Positions 8,838 through 18,927 of a DNA stretch of 32,000 nt are shown piece by piece. Source of the DNA: Candidatus Kuenenia stuttgartensis (GTDB lineage Bacteria; Planctomycetota; Brocadiia; Brocadiales; Brocadiaceae); NCBI RefSeq assembly GCF_900232105.1, contig NZ_LT934425.1:1-32000 (forward strand), written 5' to 3'. Under the pieces are notes generated by a model. That model saw nothing but the letters and a program-made list of their open reading frames with translations, ran no database searches and was not told the origin of the DNA. A program made the position numbers and the translations under genes. Position 1 is the first letter of the stretch; every line of letters begins with the position of its first letter.

Positions 8838-10306
8838 CATTACTTTGTTAAAGAAAGCGTCTGAAAAAATATTTTTAAGTCGTAAGTCGAGTCGGCCACA
8901 ACTTATGACTTAGCAATGCTTTGCGACAAATATTTACTCTTGATTTTGCTCGTTACTTCCGGTATTAATTGCACTTGTAAATTTTTTACACAATCAATTA
9001 CCGGAGCAAAGGATTTGAGTATTTTCAGAACAAACATACCGTTATTAAATAAATTTCTTGAACATTTTGCATCGTGTTTTACTAAAAAACAATTTGCAAT
9101 GTTTCTACTTGTTGTCTACGCAATGTTTAAAGACTATAAAAGAAATTCACTGGAGGCCATGGCGCAAGCCGTTCATACGGATTACCAGAAATTTCAATAC
9201 TTCTTTTCTGAATCCAAATGGGATTTACCCGCATTAAAGCAGAAAAGAATGGACATTATCCAAAAACAAAGAACCACGGCATTGACAAAAGACAGCATCC
9301 TTACCATAGATGATACCGGATGTCCAAAGCCCTATGCTAAAAATACAGAGGCAGCCAAATGGCAATATTGCGGTCCGCTTAAAAGGCCGGAAACCTGCAA
9401 TGTTGTTGTTGGCGCGGCATTTGTCTCAAAAACAAAACATTTTCCCCTGGATGTTATTCCCTACCTTCCTGCCGATGAGTTCGGGGAAGGGAAAAATGAT
9501 CCCAAATTTAAAGACAAAATACAAATAGCAATGGATATGTTTGATGCTGCTTCTAACGTCTTTGATTTTTCAGCTATTGCCTTCGACACATGGTATGCCT
9601 CTCAACGGTTTCTCGAACATATTCACGCAAAAAAGAAACACTTTTTTTCAGAAATAAAATCAAACAGAAATATCTCCATGTACCATCCGGAAAAACAAAA
9701 ATATTGCATAATCAAACCAGATGAGCTCGTGACCCTCATCAAAAAGCATTATGCCGACAAAACCAAGTATGTTACTTTAAAATCCGCGGATGGAAGTGAA
9801 GTTTCCTATAAAACCTACACGTTTGACGCCAAACTGAATGGTTGCAATGTCCCGTTGAAGTTTGTGGTAATTTTGGGAAAATGGAACAAGGAAGATGATA
9901 AAAAATATCATGTCCTTATCACCAATCAACTCGACGCCTCTGTAAAAACGGTTATCACAAACTATCTGTTGCGTTGGGGTATTGAACACTGTTTCAAGGA
10001 ATTGAAGGATACTTTTTATTTCGATCATTATCAGGTAAGGCACATTGACAAGATTGAGCGATATTGGAATATTTGTCTGATCTCATGGACATTCGTTTAC
10101 TGGATAAAACAAAACGCTTATCTGGATAAAATCATAGAAACAAAACCTTCTACCTTTAATGAATTCAAAAAAGCAATCAATTCCCTGCTTGAATTCTCAT
10201 CAACAAACGCTTTATCAAAGAACGAAAAACTCTCACAAGAATATTTTAAAATTAAATCCGCTCGATTTAAGAAAAAAATCGCCGCTTAATTTTTAACAAA
10301 GTAATG
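8838..10306. mobile_element. Complete IS4/IS701-like insertion sequence, 1469 bp
   Basis: Perfect 15-bp TIRs CATTACTTTGTTAAA (8838-8852) and TTTAACAAAGTAATG (10292-10306), flanked by a 6-bp direct repeat CTATTA (8832-8837 and 10307-10312), enclosing an intact transposase. Confidence 0.93.
8916..10289 (+). CDS. DDE transposase, IS4/IS701-like
   Basis: ILTIDDTGCPK, AIAFDTWYASQRF, LLRWGIEHCFKELKDTFYFDHYQVR (D-D-E spacing). Confidence 0.93.
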   Translation: MLCDKYLLLILLVTSGINCTCKFFTQSITGAKDLSIFRTNIPLLNKFLEHFASCFTKKQFAMFLLVVYAMFKDYKRNSLEAMAQAVHTDYQKFQYFFSESKWDLPALKQKRMDIIQKQRTTALTKDSILTIDDTGCPKPYAKNTEAAKWQYCGPLKRPETCNVVVGAAFVSKTKHFPLDVIPYLPADEFGEGKNDPKFKDKIQIAMDMFDAASNVFDFSAIAFDTWYASQRFLEHIHAKKKHFFSEIKSNRNISMYHPEKQKYCIIKPDELVTLIKKHYADKTKYVTLKSADGSEVSYKTYTFDAKLNGCNVPLKFVVILGKWNKEDDKKYHVLITNQLDASVKTVITNYLLRWGIEHCFKELKDTFYFDHYQVRHIDKIERYWNICLISWTFVYWIKQNAYLDKIIETKPSTFNEFKKAINSLLEFSSTNALSKNEKLSQEYFKIKSARFKKKIAA

Positions 10307-10315
10307 CTATTATTA

Positions 10316-11014
10316 TTATCTGAACCACTTTTTCTTTTGTCTCCAGACGGTAACCCTGTTTTTCCCTTTTTTCTTTGATTCTAACAATGTCTTGTCTGCG
10401 TTGTCTGTGAGATCGCTTCGTTTTAATGTATCAACGTGTGGCGCAATTTCAGCGATGCCAAAACTTGCCGTAACATTATATTTCATGTTATTTATTATGA
10501 ATGTATGTTTCGCTACTTTTTCACGCATCCTTTCGGCAACAATAACGGCTGCGTCCACTTTTGTATCAGCTAAAACTATGGCAAACTCTTCGCCTCCATA
10601 GCGGGCAAGGATATCATATTCCCGCAAACATAACGTCAGCAGTTTGCACAGTTCCTTTAAAATGAAGTCGCCTGTTTGATGTCCATATAAGCCATTAAAA
10701 CTTTTAAAATTATCCACGTCTATCAATACCAGGCGGAAATTAGTCTGTTTTCGTTTCGATCTGTTGATTTCTTTTTCAATAAATGCTTGCAGAAAACGAT
10801 GGTTATACACCTCCGTCAATCCATCGATATTCGCAAGATTTTGGAGACTTTTGTTTTTTGTTTCTAATTCTCTGGCTAATTTCTGCAGTTGTATTTTTGT
10901 AGCAACATGCTCCCTGTTCATCTGGTCATATGTCAGGTTTATAACACTAAGGGCCGCGTTTGCTTCCAGTAATATATCTTCTACCGGTTTAGGTTTTTCC
11001 ATATTAAATCCCAA
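10316..11014 (-). CDS. Diguanylate cyclase (GGDEF domain)
   Basis: NIDGLTEVYNHRFLQAFIEKEI, LIDVDNFKSFNGLYGHQTGD, DILARYGGEEFAIVLADT (GGEEF). ATG at 11002 (MEKPKP) is a more likely start than TTG at 11014. Confidence 0.92.
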   Translation of the reverse strand: MGFNMEKPKPVEDILLEANAALSVINLTYDQMNREHVATKIQLQKLARELETKNKSLQNLANIDGLTEVYNHRFLQAFIEKEINRSKRKQTNFRLVLIDVDNFKSFNGLYGHQTGDFILKELCKLLTLCLREYDILARYGGEEFAIVLADTKVDAAVIVAERMREKVAKHTFIINNMKYNVTASFGIAEIAPHVDTLKRSDLTDNADKTLLESKKKGKNRVTVWRQKKKWFR

Positions 11015-13857
11015 TGTTTACCTTACATAATAATAGCCATTCTTTCGCGTCACTCCTGAAACAATCAACCGTCAGTGATGTAAAAGGCGCATTTCCGAAA
11101 ACGATACTACATTTCCTAAACGACAATAGTTTCCTGTTTCCGAAATCAAAAACCTCTGAAATTTTCCCGGCCTTCAACGAATCGTTATGGATTTCACCGC
11201 AAACGGTTTTAAAAATGGACGCAGAAACCGGGGTATTTGGAAAGAGGATTCGAAACAAAAACAGCCGGACAGAACTGTTATTAGCATCATTCAAAAACAT
11301 TATTGCGCAATTCATTATTGCACCATTTTTCCCGGAATCAATAAAAGGCGATTTTCAACTCATTCCCCTTAAATGTCCTCATACTAAAAATAGTATTACT
11401 TACGGGATATCTGATTCGTTCAGTCTGAATGTGACAGGAAACAACCCTGTTACCTTTTCCGTTTATCTGGGAGATGGACGTAGTTTGAGAGATATGCAAA
11501 GAATGATTGAGGATAATGCGGATATCCGGGCGCTAAAAGATATTTTCGGATATTTAGAGGACGACTCATACGGTCTTTTCCCCATCATTCCCTCCTATAA
11601 AATAGAAAGACATAAAAACAATGTATCTCTTACCCTCAGCAAGAATATCCTTGGGGAAACATACCGGCTTAAGATAATAGTGGAAGGCATACAAGAAGAA
11701 ATAATCATAAAAGAGGCCGAACATCCTCTGGTGTTGAGTTATTTTGTCATCGAGGAAGCCAAAAATAATATCAGCAAAGAAGAAAAAGGCTGGGAATTAC
11801 TTAACGATATATTTAAAAAAAGCCCTGAGTGGTTTAAGGAAAAGCAGTTGCGTCTTCTTTGCTTTTCCGGAGCTGATGACCATGCAAAATCAGGCGCCCC
11901 ACATCATCGATACAAACGATATTTGAATGCTTCTAAAAAAGACCTTTATATTATCGAAATCCTGTGTCCTTTTTTTGAAATAATACCTTCAAAATCAAAC
12001 TCCTCAATAAAGATAGATATAGAACTCACGGTAAATACAACATTACAGCACTATCGCCCAAAAGCATTCCCGTTAAGAGGCATATTTAAAAATGATAGCA
12101 TGGAATATATCAACCGCTTGCAAAATGCCAAAACTATGGCGGGTCTGATAGATGAAAAGATCATGAGCCTTTTAAATATGCTTGAAATTTCTTACCGTTC
12201 ACTTTCATTTTTGATCACGAACAACATGATTCTGGCAGGAGCGTTTACCTATCTCACCTATTTTGGCAGGGATACCGTCTTTACCCATTTGTTGCTCAAA
12301 CCGTTTCTTACTATATTTGTTCAGCAAAAAATAGTGCAACAACTCTTAAACCGTTCAAACCAGTCGGGTGAGGGTGCTCACGAAACAGACTCCCGCGTCC
12401 TGAAAGAAAATGAAGCCCACTACGACTATCGTATGACCGATACCGATTTCTTGGTAGCTATCTCAACTTTTGAATTGTTAAACGAAATGAGTTGCAAGGA
12501 TATTGAAGATTTTTTAAACCATAAAGACAGCGAAAATCGCTATCATTGTACAGCACCAGACGAGACATTTTTTATCAACAATGCGACGGTAATCATTCGT
12601 AATTTAAACAGAGCACTTACCCTTATTGAAAACAATGACCTTGTCCCATTAAAGCGAATAAACGACCCCAGTTCCGCCAATTGGAGGGATGCGGTAAATA
12701 GTTTTTCAAGAGGCACATATTCCTATGATGTAAATGCCGTATGGGTTCCCCATCTACTCCGCCTTTTAGAATCATTCAGCACAAACAAAGAAAAAAGGGA
12801 AATCCTTTTAGCTTTCCTGAATAAAATTCAGGCTCTCTATCCAAACCATTGTTTTAAACCTACAGAAACACTTCTTCATACAATCACCAGTACGCCTGGT
12901 AATACAATTACGACCCTTATTGAACGGACCAAAAAAAAGTTTGAGATTTCATACTCGTTAGAAGAGTGGCGTACCCGTTTAAAAAGTTTTTACAACGACC
13001 CGCAAAACCACGAAAAATCAATTCAGGACCTGAAAAAAATGAAGATTGGCTACTATCTCAGGGAACACGGACAAGGCAGGGTATGGTTTACGGCAGAAGA
13101 TTTTTTAGATGACCGGAAATGGGAAAACAGTATGCAATATCAATTTGAGCTTCTGCCAGATAATTTTTTTCTTCCTGATGGAAATCCCTTTCCCAACGGC
13201 ATTCACACATACGCCATGGCACTCGATAAAGATAAAAATCCGATTCCTATCATGCATAGCGATTTGGGCTTTGAGGCATTTACAAAGTCTATGAGAAAGG
13301 AACACATAGAGAAAGAATTGATACTGCCGGTAGAGCTTCCCTTATCCCTGGGTGGGCTGGCAATCATAGATAGAAATGGTGAAAGCCTCGGTTTTACCGT
13401 TGCCAATCCCATGCTTGCAAATAGAAATGGCTACGAACTGTTGCTAACGCCTGCCGAAAAAAACAGGGGAATCGATCCAAAAATACTTTCTCCATGGAAC
13501 CTTATCGGCAAAAACGAATATCACGGATGGGGGGCTATTTGGGAGGTGATGATAGATTTTATGGTTGCGGCGTTACAAGATGCGGACATACAAAACCATA
13601 CTTACCTGAAAAATTATTATTGGTGGGTATTGGAAAATTATACGCAATATCCCAGGGTTCGTAATAAGGAGGTGTTGGGGTTCAAATACAATGACAATTA
13701 CAAAGACTGGCTTCTCACTGAATCCACCATAGAAAAATTTGAAATCAACGACCTCCAGGCCTTCAACGCAGCCGGCAGGTTAAGGGTTCTCTTAAAAGCA
13801 CTCATTCCCGGAATAACCACCTTCTGGCTTTTTAAGAGGGAAGAAGGCGACACCTGA
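11014..13857 (+). CDS. Large (947 aa) protein of uncertain function; possible carbohydrate-active (alpha/alpha-toroid type) enzyme
   Basis: Long intact ORF; segments such as LAGAFTYLTYFGRDTVFTHLLLKPFLT, SANWRDAVNSFSRGTYSYDVNAVWVPHLLRLLE and NSMQYQFELLPDNFFLPDGNPFPNGIHTYAMAL suggest a glycogen-debranching/six-hairpin-like fold, by eye only. Confidence 0.5.
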   Translation: MFTLHNNSHSFASLLKQSTVSDVKGAFPKTILHFLNDNSFLFPKSKTSEIFPAFNESLWISPQTVLKMDAETGVFGKRIRNKNSRTELLLASFKNIIAQFIIAPFFPESIKGDFQLIPLKCPHTKNSITYGISDSFSLNVTGNNPVTFSVYLGDGRSLRDMQRMIEDNADIRALKDIFGYLEDDSYGLFPIIPSYKIERHKNNVSLTLSKNILGETYRLKIIVEGIQEEIIIKEAEHPLVLSYFVIEEAKNNISKEEKGWELLNDIFKKSPEWFKEKQLRLLCFSGADDHAKSGAPHHRYKRYLNASKKDLYIIEILCPFFEIIPSKSNSSIKIDIELTVNTTLQHYRPKAFPLRGIFKNDSMEYINRLQNAKTMAGLIDEKIMSLLNMLEISYRSLSFLITNNMILAGAFTYLTYFGRDTVFTHLLLKPFLTIFVQQKIVQQLLNRSNQSGEGAHETDSRVLKENEAHYDYRMTDTDFLVAISTFELLNEMSCKDIEDFLNHKDSENRYHCTAPDETFFINNATVIIRNLNRALTLIENNDLVPLKRINDPSSANWRDAVNSFSRGTYSYDVNAVWVPHLLRLLESFSTNKEKREILLAFLNKIQALYPNHCFKPTETLLHTITSTPGNTITTLIERTKKKFEISYSLEEWRTRLKSFYNDPQNHEKSIQDLKKMKIGYYLREHGQGRVWFTAEDFLDDRKWENSMQYQFELLPDNFFLPDGNPFPNGIHTYAMALDKDKNPIPIMHSDLGFEAFTKSMRKEHIEKELILPVELPLSLGGLAIIDRNGESLGFTVANPMLANRNGYELLLTPAEKNRGIDPKILSPWNLIGKNEYHGWGAIWEVMIDFMVAALQDADIQNHTYLKNYYWWVLENYTQYPRVRNKEVLGFKYNDNYKDWLLTESTIEKFEINDLQAFNAAGRLRVLLKALIPGITTFWLFKREEGDT

Positions 13858-13882
13858 AAAGCTTGCTTACCCCCACTGCTAC

Positions 13883-13920
13883 CTCCCAAGAGGGTAATTT
13901 GGAAAGTCCCCTCTTGGGAG
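13883..13920 (+). terminator. Hairpin downstream of the 947-aa ORF (terminator candidate or dispersed repeat)
   Basis: CTCCCAAGAGGG (13883-13894) pairs perfectly with CCCTCTTGGGAG (13909-13920); no strong T tract follows. Confidence 0.45.
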
Positions 13921-14048
13921 AGGATTAAGGGGTGGGTTAAAGGCATAATGAAAAACGTTGTATCGTAATTCATTTATGAAGTACGAAGTACGATTTAGAT
14001 CTCAAATCTCAAATCGTAAATTGTAATTCATAAATCTCAGGCAGAAAC

Positions 14049-14540
14049 GGGAGCATTCCCGATTTTTTGTAAAAATGCCATTAGCGGGGAGAGGGGAAGA
14101 ATAGTAACTCAAGCTTCAAGCTTGAGGGTAAAATACCACAAGCAGGATGTTTGTGGTACAATGTACAATTAGTTAGCCAAGAATTTGAAATGCTCCTGTT
14201 CAAACCATGTCCCCCGCTGGCGGGGGTGCAGGGGGTGGACTGGATTTCTCCGTCGATACAACTACCCCTTTATTATGAAAACAAATTTGACCCTCTTTCC
14301 CACGCTGCGCAGACTGGTCAAATGGGCAATTTTATCCTGTTTCGTGACATGCATTCCCGCAGAGCGCAGGAATGAGAATAAAAACTTATGGCTATTCATG
14401 TTATAAACCTCCCAGATTTCTTCCGCAGACAATTCCACCCCCTTAATCCCCCGCCAGCGGGGGGACAGGCTTGCCACATCCCTTGCAGCGTTGTTTTGCC
14501 CCAATCACACAAACGGTTACAAAAAATCGGGAATGCTCCT
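14049..14540. mobile_element. Non-autonomous MITE-like element, 492 bp
   Basis: Terminal inverted sequences GGAGCATTCCCGATTTTTTGTAA (14050-14072) and TTACAAAAAATCGGGAATGCTCC (14517-14539), flanked by a perfect 9-bp direct repeat GGCAGAAAC (14040-14048 and 14541-14549). No transposase ORF inside. Confidence 0.85.
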
Positions 14541-14550
14541 GGCAGAAACT

Positions 14551-16218
14551 CTATTTTTCAATTGCATAAGGCCATGCCAACAAGCTACCTTCCATAAATT
14601 TTACATTTTCAAACCCTTCGGTTTTTAAAAGTAAATGAGCCTGTGACGCCCTTAAACCAACGCCGCAATAAGTAATGATTTCTCTTGTTTTATCCAATGC
14701 GCCGCTTCTTGATTTCAGTTCGTTTAATGGAATGTGAAGGCTGCCTTCAATATGGCCTTTATCGTGCTCATGCTTTGTACGGACGTCTAATAAAACAAAA
14801 TCATCCTTACGCTCTAGCTTTTGTTTAGTAATAAGCGGCGATATGCTCTGGATTTTCCCCTCTAGCTTGTTTCGCAAAACGTTTGCGGCCGTTATAAGCG
14901 GGTCCATAGGAGATGAATATGGCGGGGCATACGACAGGTCATATTTTGAAAGTTGTCCGGCGGTAACCCTTCCCATCAAAGCGGCGGAAACAACATCAAT
15001 CCTTTTGTCAACCACACCTTCCCCGGCAATTTCAGCTCCAAGCAAAATGCCGCTCCCCTTTTCTGCTATTAATTTAACAATAATCAGCTTTGAACCGGGA
15101 TAATAATGGGGCTTGTCATGGGACGGAACGATAACAGACACGACGTCAAATCCATTCCTGATTGCCTCTTTCTCCGATAAGCCGGTTTTAGCAACTGTCC
15201 AATCAAATACTTTTACAATAAACGTTCCCATCACTCCGGGAAAGGTATCGTTTCCTCCGCAAATATTTATTCCGCCAATGCGCCCCTGCTTGTTTGCTGT
15301 TGTCGCCAGAGGTATCCACACGGGTTTTCCTGTTACCATATGTGTCGTTTCAACACAATCACCAACGGCATAAATATCGGGAATATTTGTTTCAAGCCTT
15401 TCGTTTACCTGTATTGCACCCGTTTGTCCAATGGCTATTCCTGCATTTTTTGCAAGGCTTACGTTCGGTTTAATTCCCGTCGCAAGCACCACAATTTCTG
15501 CCGGAAGCGTTTGTTTTTTTGTAATTACCTTTGAAACGTTGCCTTCTGAATCGGCTTCATATTTTATCACCTCATCATCTTCATGTATATGCACGCCCTT
15601 TGCCCTGACATGGTTTTGGACAAGGAGCGCTATGTTTTTGTCAATGTGAGAAAGTATATGCTCGCGGCGAATAATAATATGGGCCTTTATTCCATATTCC
15701 ATCAGGCTCTCAGCTATTTCCAATGCAATAAATCCACCGCCTACTATTATGGCGTGCCCTATTTTTTTTTGTTGCAACACCGATTTAATACGCATTGCGC
15801 TCTTAATATTGTGCAAGGTAAATATATTCCCGGATTCTACCCCTTCACACTCAGGAACATAAGGCTTTGCGCCTGTAGCCAAAACAAGAAAATCATATGG
15901 GAGGAAAGCAGAACTGTTTGTTTTGAGATTCCTGACGGCAATATCCTTGCCGCCCGGATTAATTGCCTCAACCCTGTGTTCCGTCAAAACATTTATATTC
16001 AACATTTTGAGAAAATAATCAGGCGTTCTTATTATGAGAGAGGAACTATCCTTTATTATATCTGAGATAAAATACGGCGTGCCGCATGCAGCGTAAGAAA
16101 TATCCGCTTCTTCGGTAATAAGCGTTATCTCCGCATCCGGATCTTCTCTCCGTGCCTTTGCGGCAGTCTTTGTCCCGGATGCTACTGCGCCAATAATAAC
16201 CATGCGTTTTGGTCCCAT
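14551..16218 (-). CDS. CoA-disulfide reductase-like FAD/NAD(P) oxidoreductase with C-terminal rhodanese domain
   Basis: VIIGAVASGTKTAAKARREDPDAEITLI, YAACGTPYFISD, YDFLVLATGAKPYVP, IYAVGDCVET; C-term FVLLDVRTKHEHDKGHIEGSLHIPLNEL...REIITYCGVGLRASQAHLLL. Confidence 0.92.
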   Translation of the reverse strand: MGPKRMVIIGAVASGTKTAAKARREDPDAEITLITEEADISYAACGTPYFISDIIKDSSSLIIRTPDYFLKMLNINVLTEHRVEAINPGGKDIAVRNLKTNSSAFLPYDFLVLATGAKPYVPECEGVESGNIFTLHNIKSAMRIKSVLQQKKIGHAIIVGGGFIALEIAESLMEYGIKAHIIIRREHILSHIDKNIALLVQNHVRAKGVHIHEDDEVIKYEADSEGNVSKVITKKQTLPAEIVVLATGIKPNVSLAKNAGIAIGQTGAIQVNERLETNIPDIYAVGDCVETTHMVTGKPVWIPLATTANKQGRIGGINICGGNDTFPGVMGTFIVKVFDWTVAKTGLSEKEAIRNGFDVVSVIVPSHDKPHYYPGSKLIIVKLIAEKGSGILLGAEIAGEGVVDKRIDVVSAALMGRVTAGQLSKYDLSYAPPYSSPMDPLITAANVLRNKLEGKIQSISPLITKQKLERKDDFVLLDVRTKHEHDKGHIEGSLHIPLNELKSRSGALDKTREIITYCGVGLRASQAHLLLKTEGFENVKFMEGSLLAWPYAIEK

Positions 16219-16301
16219 TTCTGATCTCCTAATCTCCTAATATACCCTTCCCAATACCGTATTCATCAATACGTTCATCCTAAACTGGTGTGAACATTCG
16301 T

Positions 16302-16901
16302 TCATGGGTGCTTCGTTTTATATTCACAAATAATGCGCCGTACATCCTCAATTTCAAATCCATACTCTTTTCTCAATTTGCCTAAGTGTTCCTTTTTGTC
16401 CACATCTTCCGGCAGGCCAAGTTTTTCAATAATATATTCAACAGAAACCTCCGACTCTTCTGCGACCTCGGTAAATGTCATTGCACCCCGTACTTGAATC
16501 TTCTTATGATCCTGCGATAAACATAAATCACACCCCTGTCTTTCTACATTTGTTTCATTTACCGGACTTAACAGAGGAGATATTGCAAATACCAGCACAC
16601 CTATGAATCCAATAATCACCAATGCAACACGTAACCCTGACCTTTCATGTGACTTGCCAATAAAAATATTCGCTACCCAACGCCAATGAAGAAACAAATG
16701 TACCGCTAAACAGCATAAGAAGAAGACTGAAATCCAAAAATGGATGTTACCCCATTCGTGCCTGTCCATTCCACAAATAGTCTTAAAACGCCTGCTCCCG
16801 GCAGGAAGGATATAGTGCATCAACATACCGGTGGTGGTTAAGAGGATAAAACCAACAAAGGCAATCGCATCAATAACAATATTCTGTATCGAACGTTTCA
16901 T
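16302..16901 (-). CDS. DUF4405-like membrane protein (cytochrome b-like His residues) with C-terminal helical domain
   Basis: LTTTGMLMHYILPAG, RHEWGNIHFWISVFFLCCLAVHLFLHWRWV; C-term IQVRGAMTFTEVAEESEVSVEYIIEKLGLPEDVDKKEHLGKLRKEYGFEIEDVRRIICEY. Confidence 0.75.
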   Translation of the reverse strand: MKRSIQNIVIDAIAFVGFILLTTTGMLMHYILPAGSRRFKTICGMDRHEWGNIHFWISVFFLCCLAVHLFLHWRWVANIFIGKSHERSGLRVALVIIGFIGVLVFAISPLLSPVNETNVERQGCDLCLSQDHKKIQVRGAMTFTEVAEESEVSVEYIIEKLGLPEDVDKKEHLGKLRKEYGFEIEDVRRIICEYKTKHP

Positions 16902-16953
16902 TTTCTCTCTTTTTTGAAGTATAACTTTTTCAAATCCTTAGGACGTGCACCTG

Positions 16954-18027
16954 TTATTTAAACCAATTTTGTGTTTTAAGACATATCTTAACCAACATGA
17001 GCATCACAGGCACCTCAATTAATACACCCACAACAGTGGCCAAAGATGCCCCTGACGATAGGCCAAAAAGCATTGTTGAGGTGGCAATCGCCACTTCAAA
17101 ATGATTGCTCGCTCCAATCATTGCAGCAGGCGCAGCATCCCTGTAGGCTAACCGGAAAAATCTTGCTAACGCATAACCTATTGCAAAGATAAAACAGGTT
17201 TGAATAAAAAGGGGGATTGCTATAAAAAGAATCGCTTGTTTCTGAGTAATAATCACATCGCCCTTGAATGAAAATAAAAGAACCAATGTAGCCAGAAGCG
17301 CTGTTATAGATACGGGCGTTAAGAAGTGTAAGAATTTTTGCTGAAACCACACCAACCCTTTCGTTTTGATGATCCATTTTCTGGAAAAATACCCCGACAC
17401 CAGAGGAAGGGCAACGTAAATTAAAACCGATAGCACTATTGTTTCCCAGGGGATAGGCATCTTGTTCACTTTTAATAAGAAACCACCCAGCGGGGCATAA
17501 AAAACCAACATGGTCAAAGAATTTATTGCCACCATAACAAGGGTTAGCCCGTCATTGCCCCTTGCCAGATATCCCCACATTAAAACCATTGCCGTACAGG
17601 GGGCTATTCCTAAAAGGATAGCTCCGGATATATATGAACGATAAATATCTACCGTGCTTCCGTCTTTAATAATTTCTGTGCCGGGTAAATAATCTTTAAA
17701 TATATATCCTAAAAAGAATGTTGCGATGAGATACATCGTAAACGGTTTAATGCACCAATTTATAACCATGGTCAGAATAACCGGTCTGGGGGTCTTCCCT
17801 GCTTTTATAACCTCCGCAAAGTCTATCTTCACCATAATAGGATACATCATAAAAAAAAGGCAAACGGCAATAGGAATAGAAACTTCATATACCGCAAGGG
17901 AATCTAACCTGAAGGCAACCCCCGGCGCCGTCTTCCCCAAAACAATGCCTGCACCGATACACAGCAACACCCAGAGTGTTAAATATTTCTCAAAAACAGA
18001 TAATTTTTTTTCGGGAATCTCTTTCAC
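16954..18027 (-). CDS. acr3: Arsenite efflux transporter, ACR3 family
   Basis: [112 protein letters not shown]. Confidence 0.95.
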   Translation of the reverse strand: MKEIPEKKLSVFEKYLTLWVLLCIGAGIVLGKTAPGVAFRLDSLAVYEVSIPIAVCLFFMMYPIMVKIDFAEVIKAGKTPRPVILTMVINWCIKPFTMYLIATFFLGYIFKDYLPGTEIIKDGSTVDIYRSYISGAILLGIAPCTAMVLMWGYLARGNDGLTLVMVAINSLTMLVFYAPLGGFLLKVNKMPIPWETIVLSVLIYVALPLVSGYFSRKWIIKTKGLVWFQQKFLHFLTPVSITALLATLVLLFSFKGDVIITQKQAILFIAIPLFIQTCFIFAIGYALARFFRLAYRDAAPAAMIGASNHFEVAIATSTMLFGLSSGASLATVVGVLIEVPVMLMLVKICLKTQNWFK

Positions 18028-18162
18028 TCTTCGCTACTCTTTCGCTTTTAAAAAAACGTGCTCAAAATCTTACATCTCTACCGCAGGGGAAGGCTGTCTC
18101 CCTGTCAGTCATATACAGTTCGCTCCTGAAGAGATCAACCCATGACCCATGATATGGAAGTA

Positions 18163-18505
18163 TGCTCCTGTTCAAGCTATGTTCCCCCGCTGGCGGGGGT
18201 GCAGGGGGTGGACTGGATTTCTCCATCGATTCAACTACCTCTTTATTATGAAAATAAATTTGACCCTCTTTCCCACGCTCCGCAGACAATTCCACCCCTT
18301 AATCCCCCGCCAGCGGGGGGACAGGCTTACCACATCCCTTACAGCTTTCATGCCTTTGCAGGGTTGATCCAGGTACATTTCCGGTTTTTTATGACTTCTG
18401 CCATGTTTTAATGAAACGTACAGTAGAATTAACCCCTGACAGCGTTGTTTTACCCCAATCACACAAACGGTTACAAAAAAAGGGATGCTCCTCCTGACGG
18501 AGCTA
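18163..18505. repeat. Second, rearranged copy of the interior and right end of the 14049-14540 element
   Basis: TGCTCCTGTTCAA..CCCCCGCTGGCGGGGGTGCAGGGGGTGGACTGGATTTCTCC matches 14190 onward; ends CACACAAACGGTTACAAAAAAGGGATGCTCC, a degenerate right terminus. Confidence 0.8.
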
Positions 18506-18614
18506 TTTATCCTAAGCTAGCATAGCCAGAACTAAACAAGCACGAAATACGAAAAACGCACTCGTTTAGCATTTTAAATAATACTCTCGTTTCCAGGCTC
18601 CGGCTCTTCCGCTC

Positions 18615-18792
18615 GTTCCCAAGCTCCACAGACCGGGTCAAATGGACAATTTTATCCTATTTTACGACAGGCATTCTCCACTTTTATGGGAAAACAGCAC
18701 TAAATAAGGTCGAAAACAGGCATAATGAGAGGAGTTGTCCCCACCTTTAAGACAACAAAGTTCTTTTGGTCCAGTCTGTGGAGCTTGGGAAC
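18615..18792. repeat. 19-bp perfect inverted repeat GTTCCCAAGCTCCACAGAC / GTCTGTGGAGCTTGGGAAC enclosing ~140 bp
   Basis: Arms 18615-18633 and 18774-18792. Confidence 0.85.
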
Positions 18793-18927
18793 AAGCGTTT
18801 TTGCTTTTTTAAAAAATATAAACTGTTACCACTTTTCTCTCATACACAGCCAATGTTTCGTCGTGTGAAATTCATTTAATGCAACACACTCATTTTGGCG
18901 TTCTATTGTTTTAAGTAAACCGACAAA

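Noticed and set aside
14151-14406. Overlapping ORFs MWYNVQLVSQEF... and MKCSCSNHVPRW...
   Set aside because: Lie in the repeat interior; near-identical translation recurs at 18149-18367 because the DNA repeat is shared, not because of coding constraint.
15583-16065. 160-aa plus-strand ORF antisense to the CoA-disulfide reductase
   Set aside because: The opposite strand encodes a well-conserved flavoprotein.
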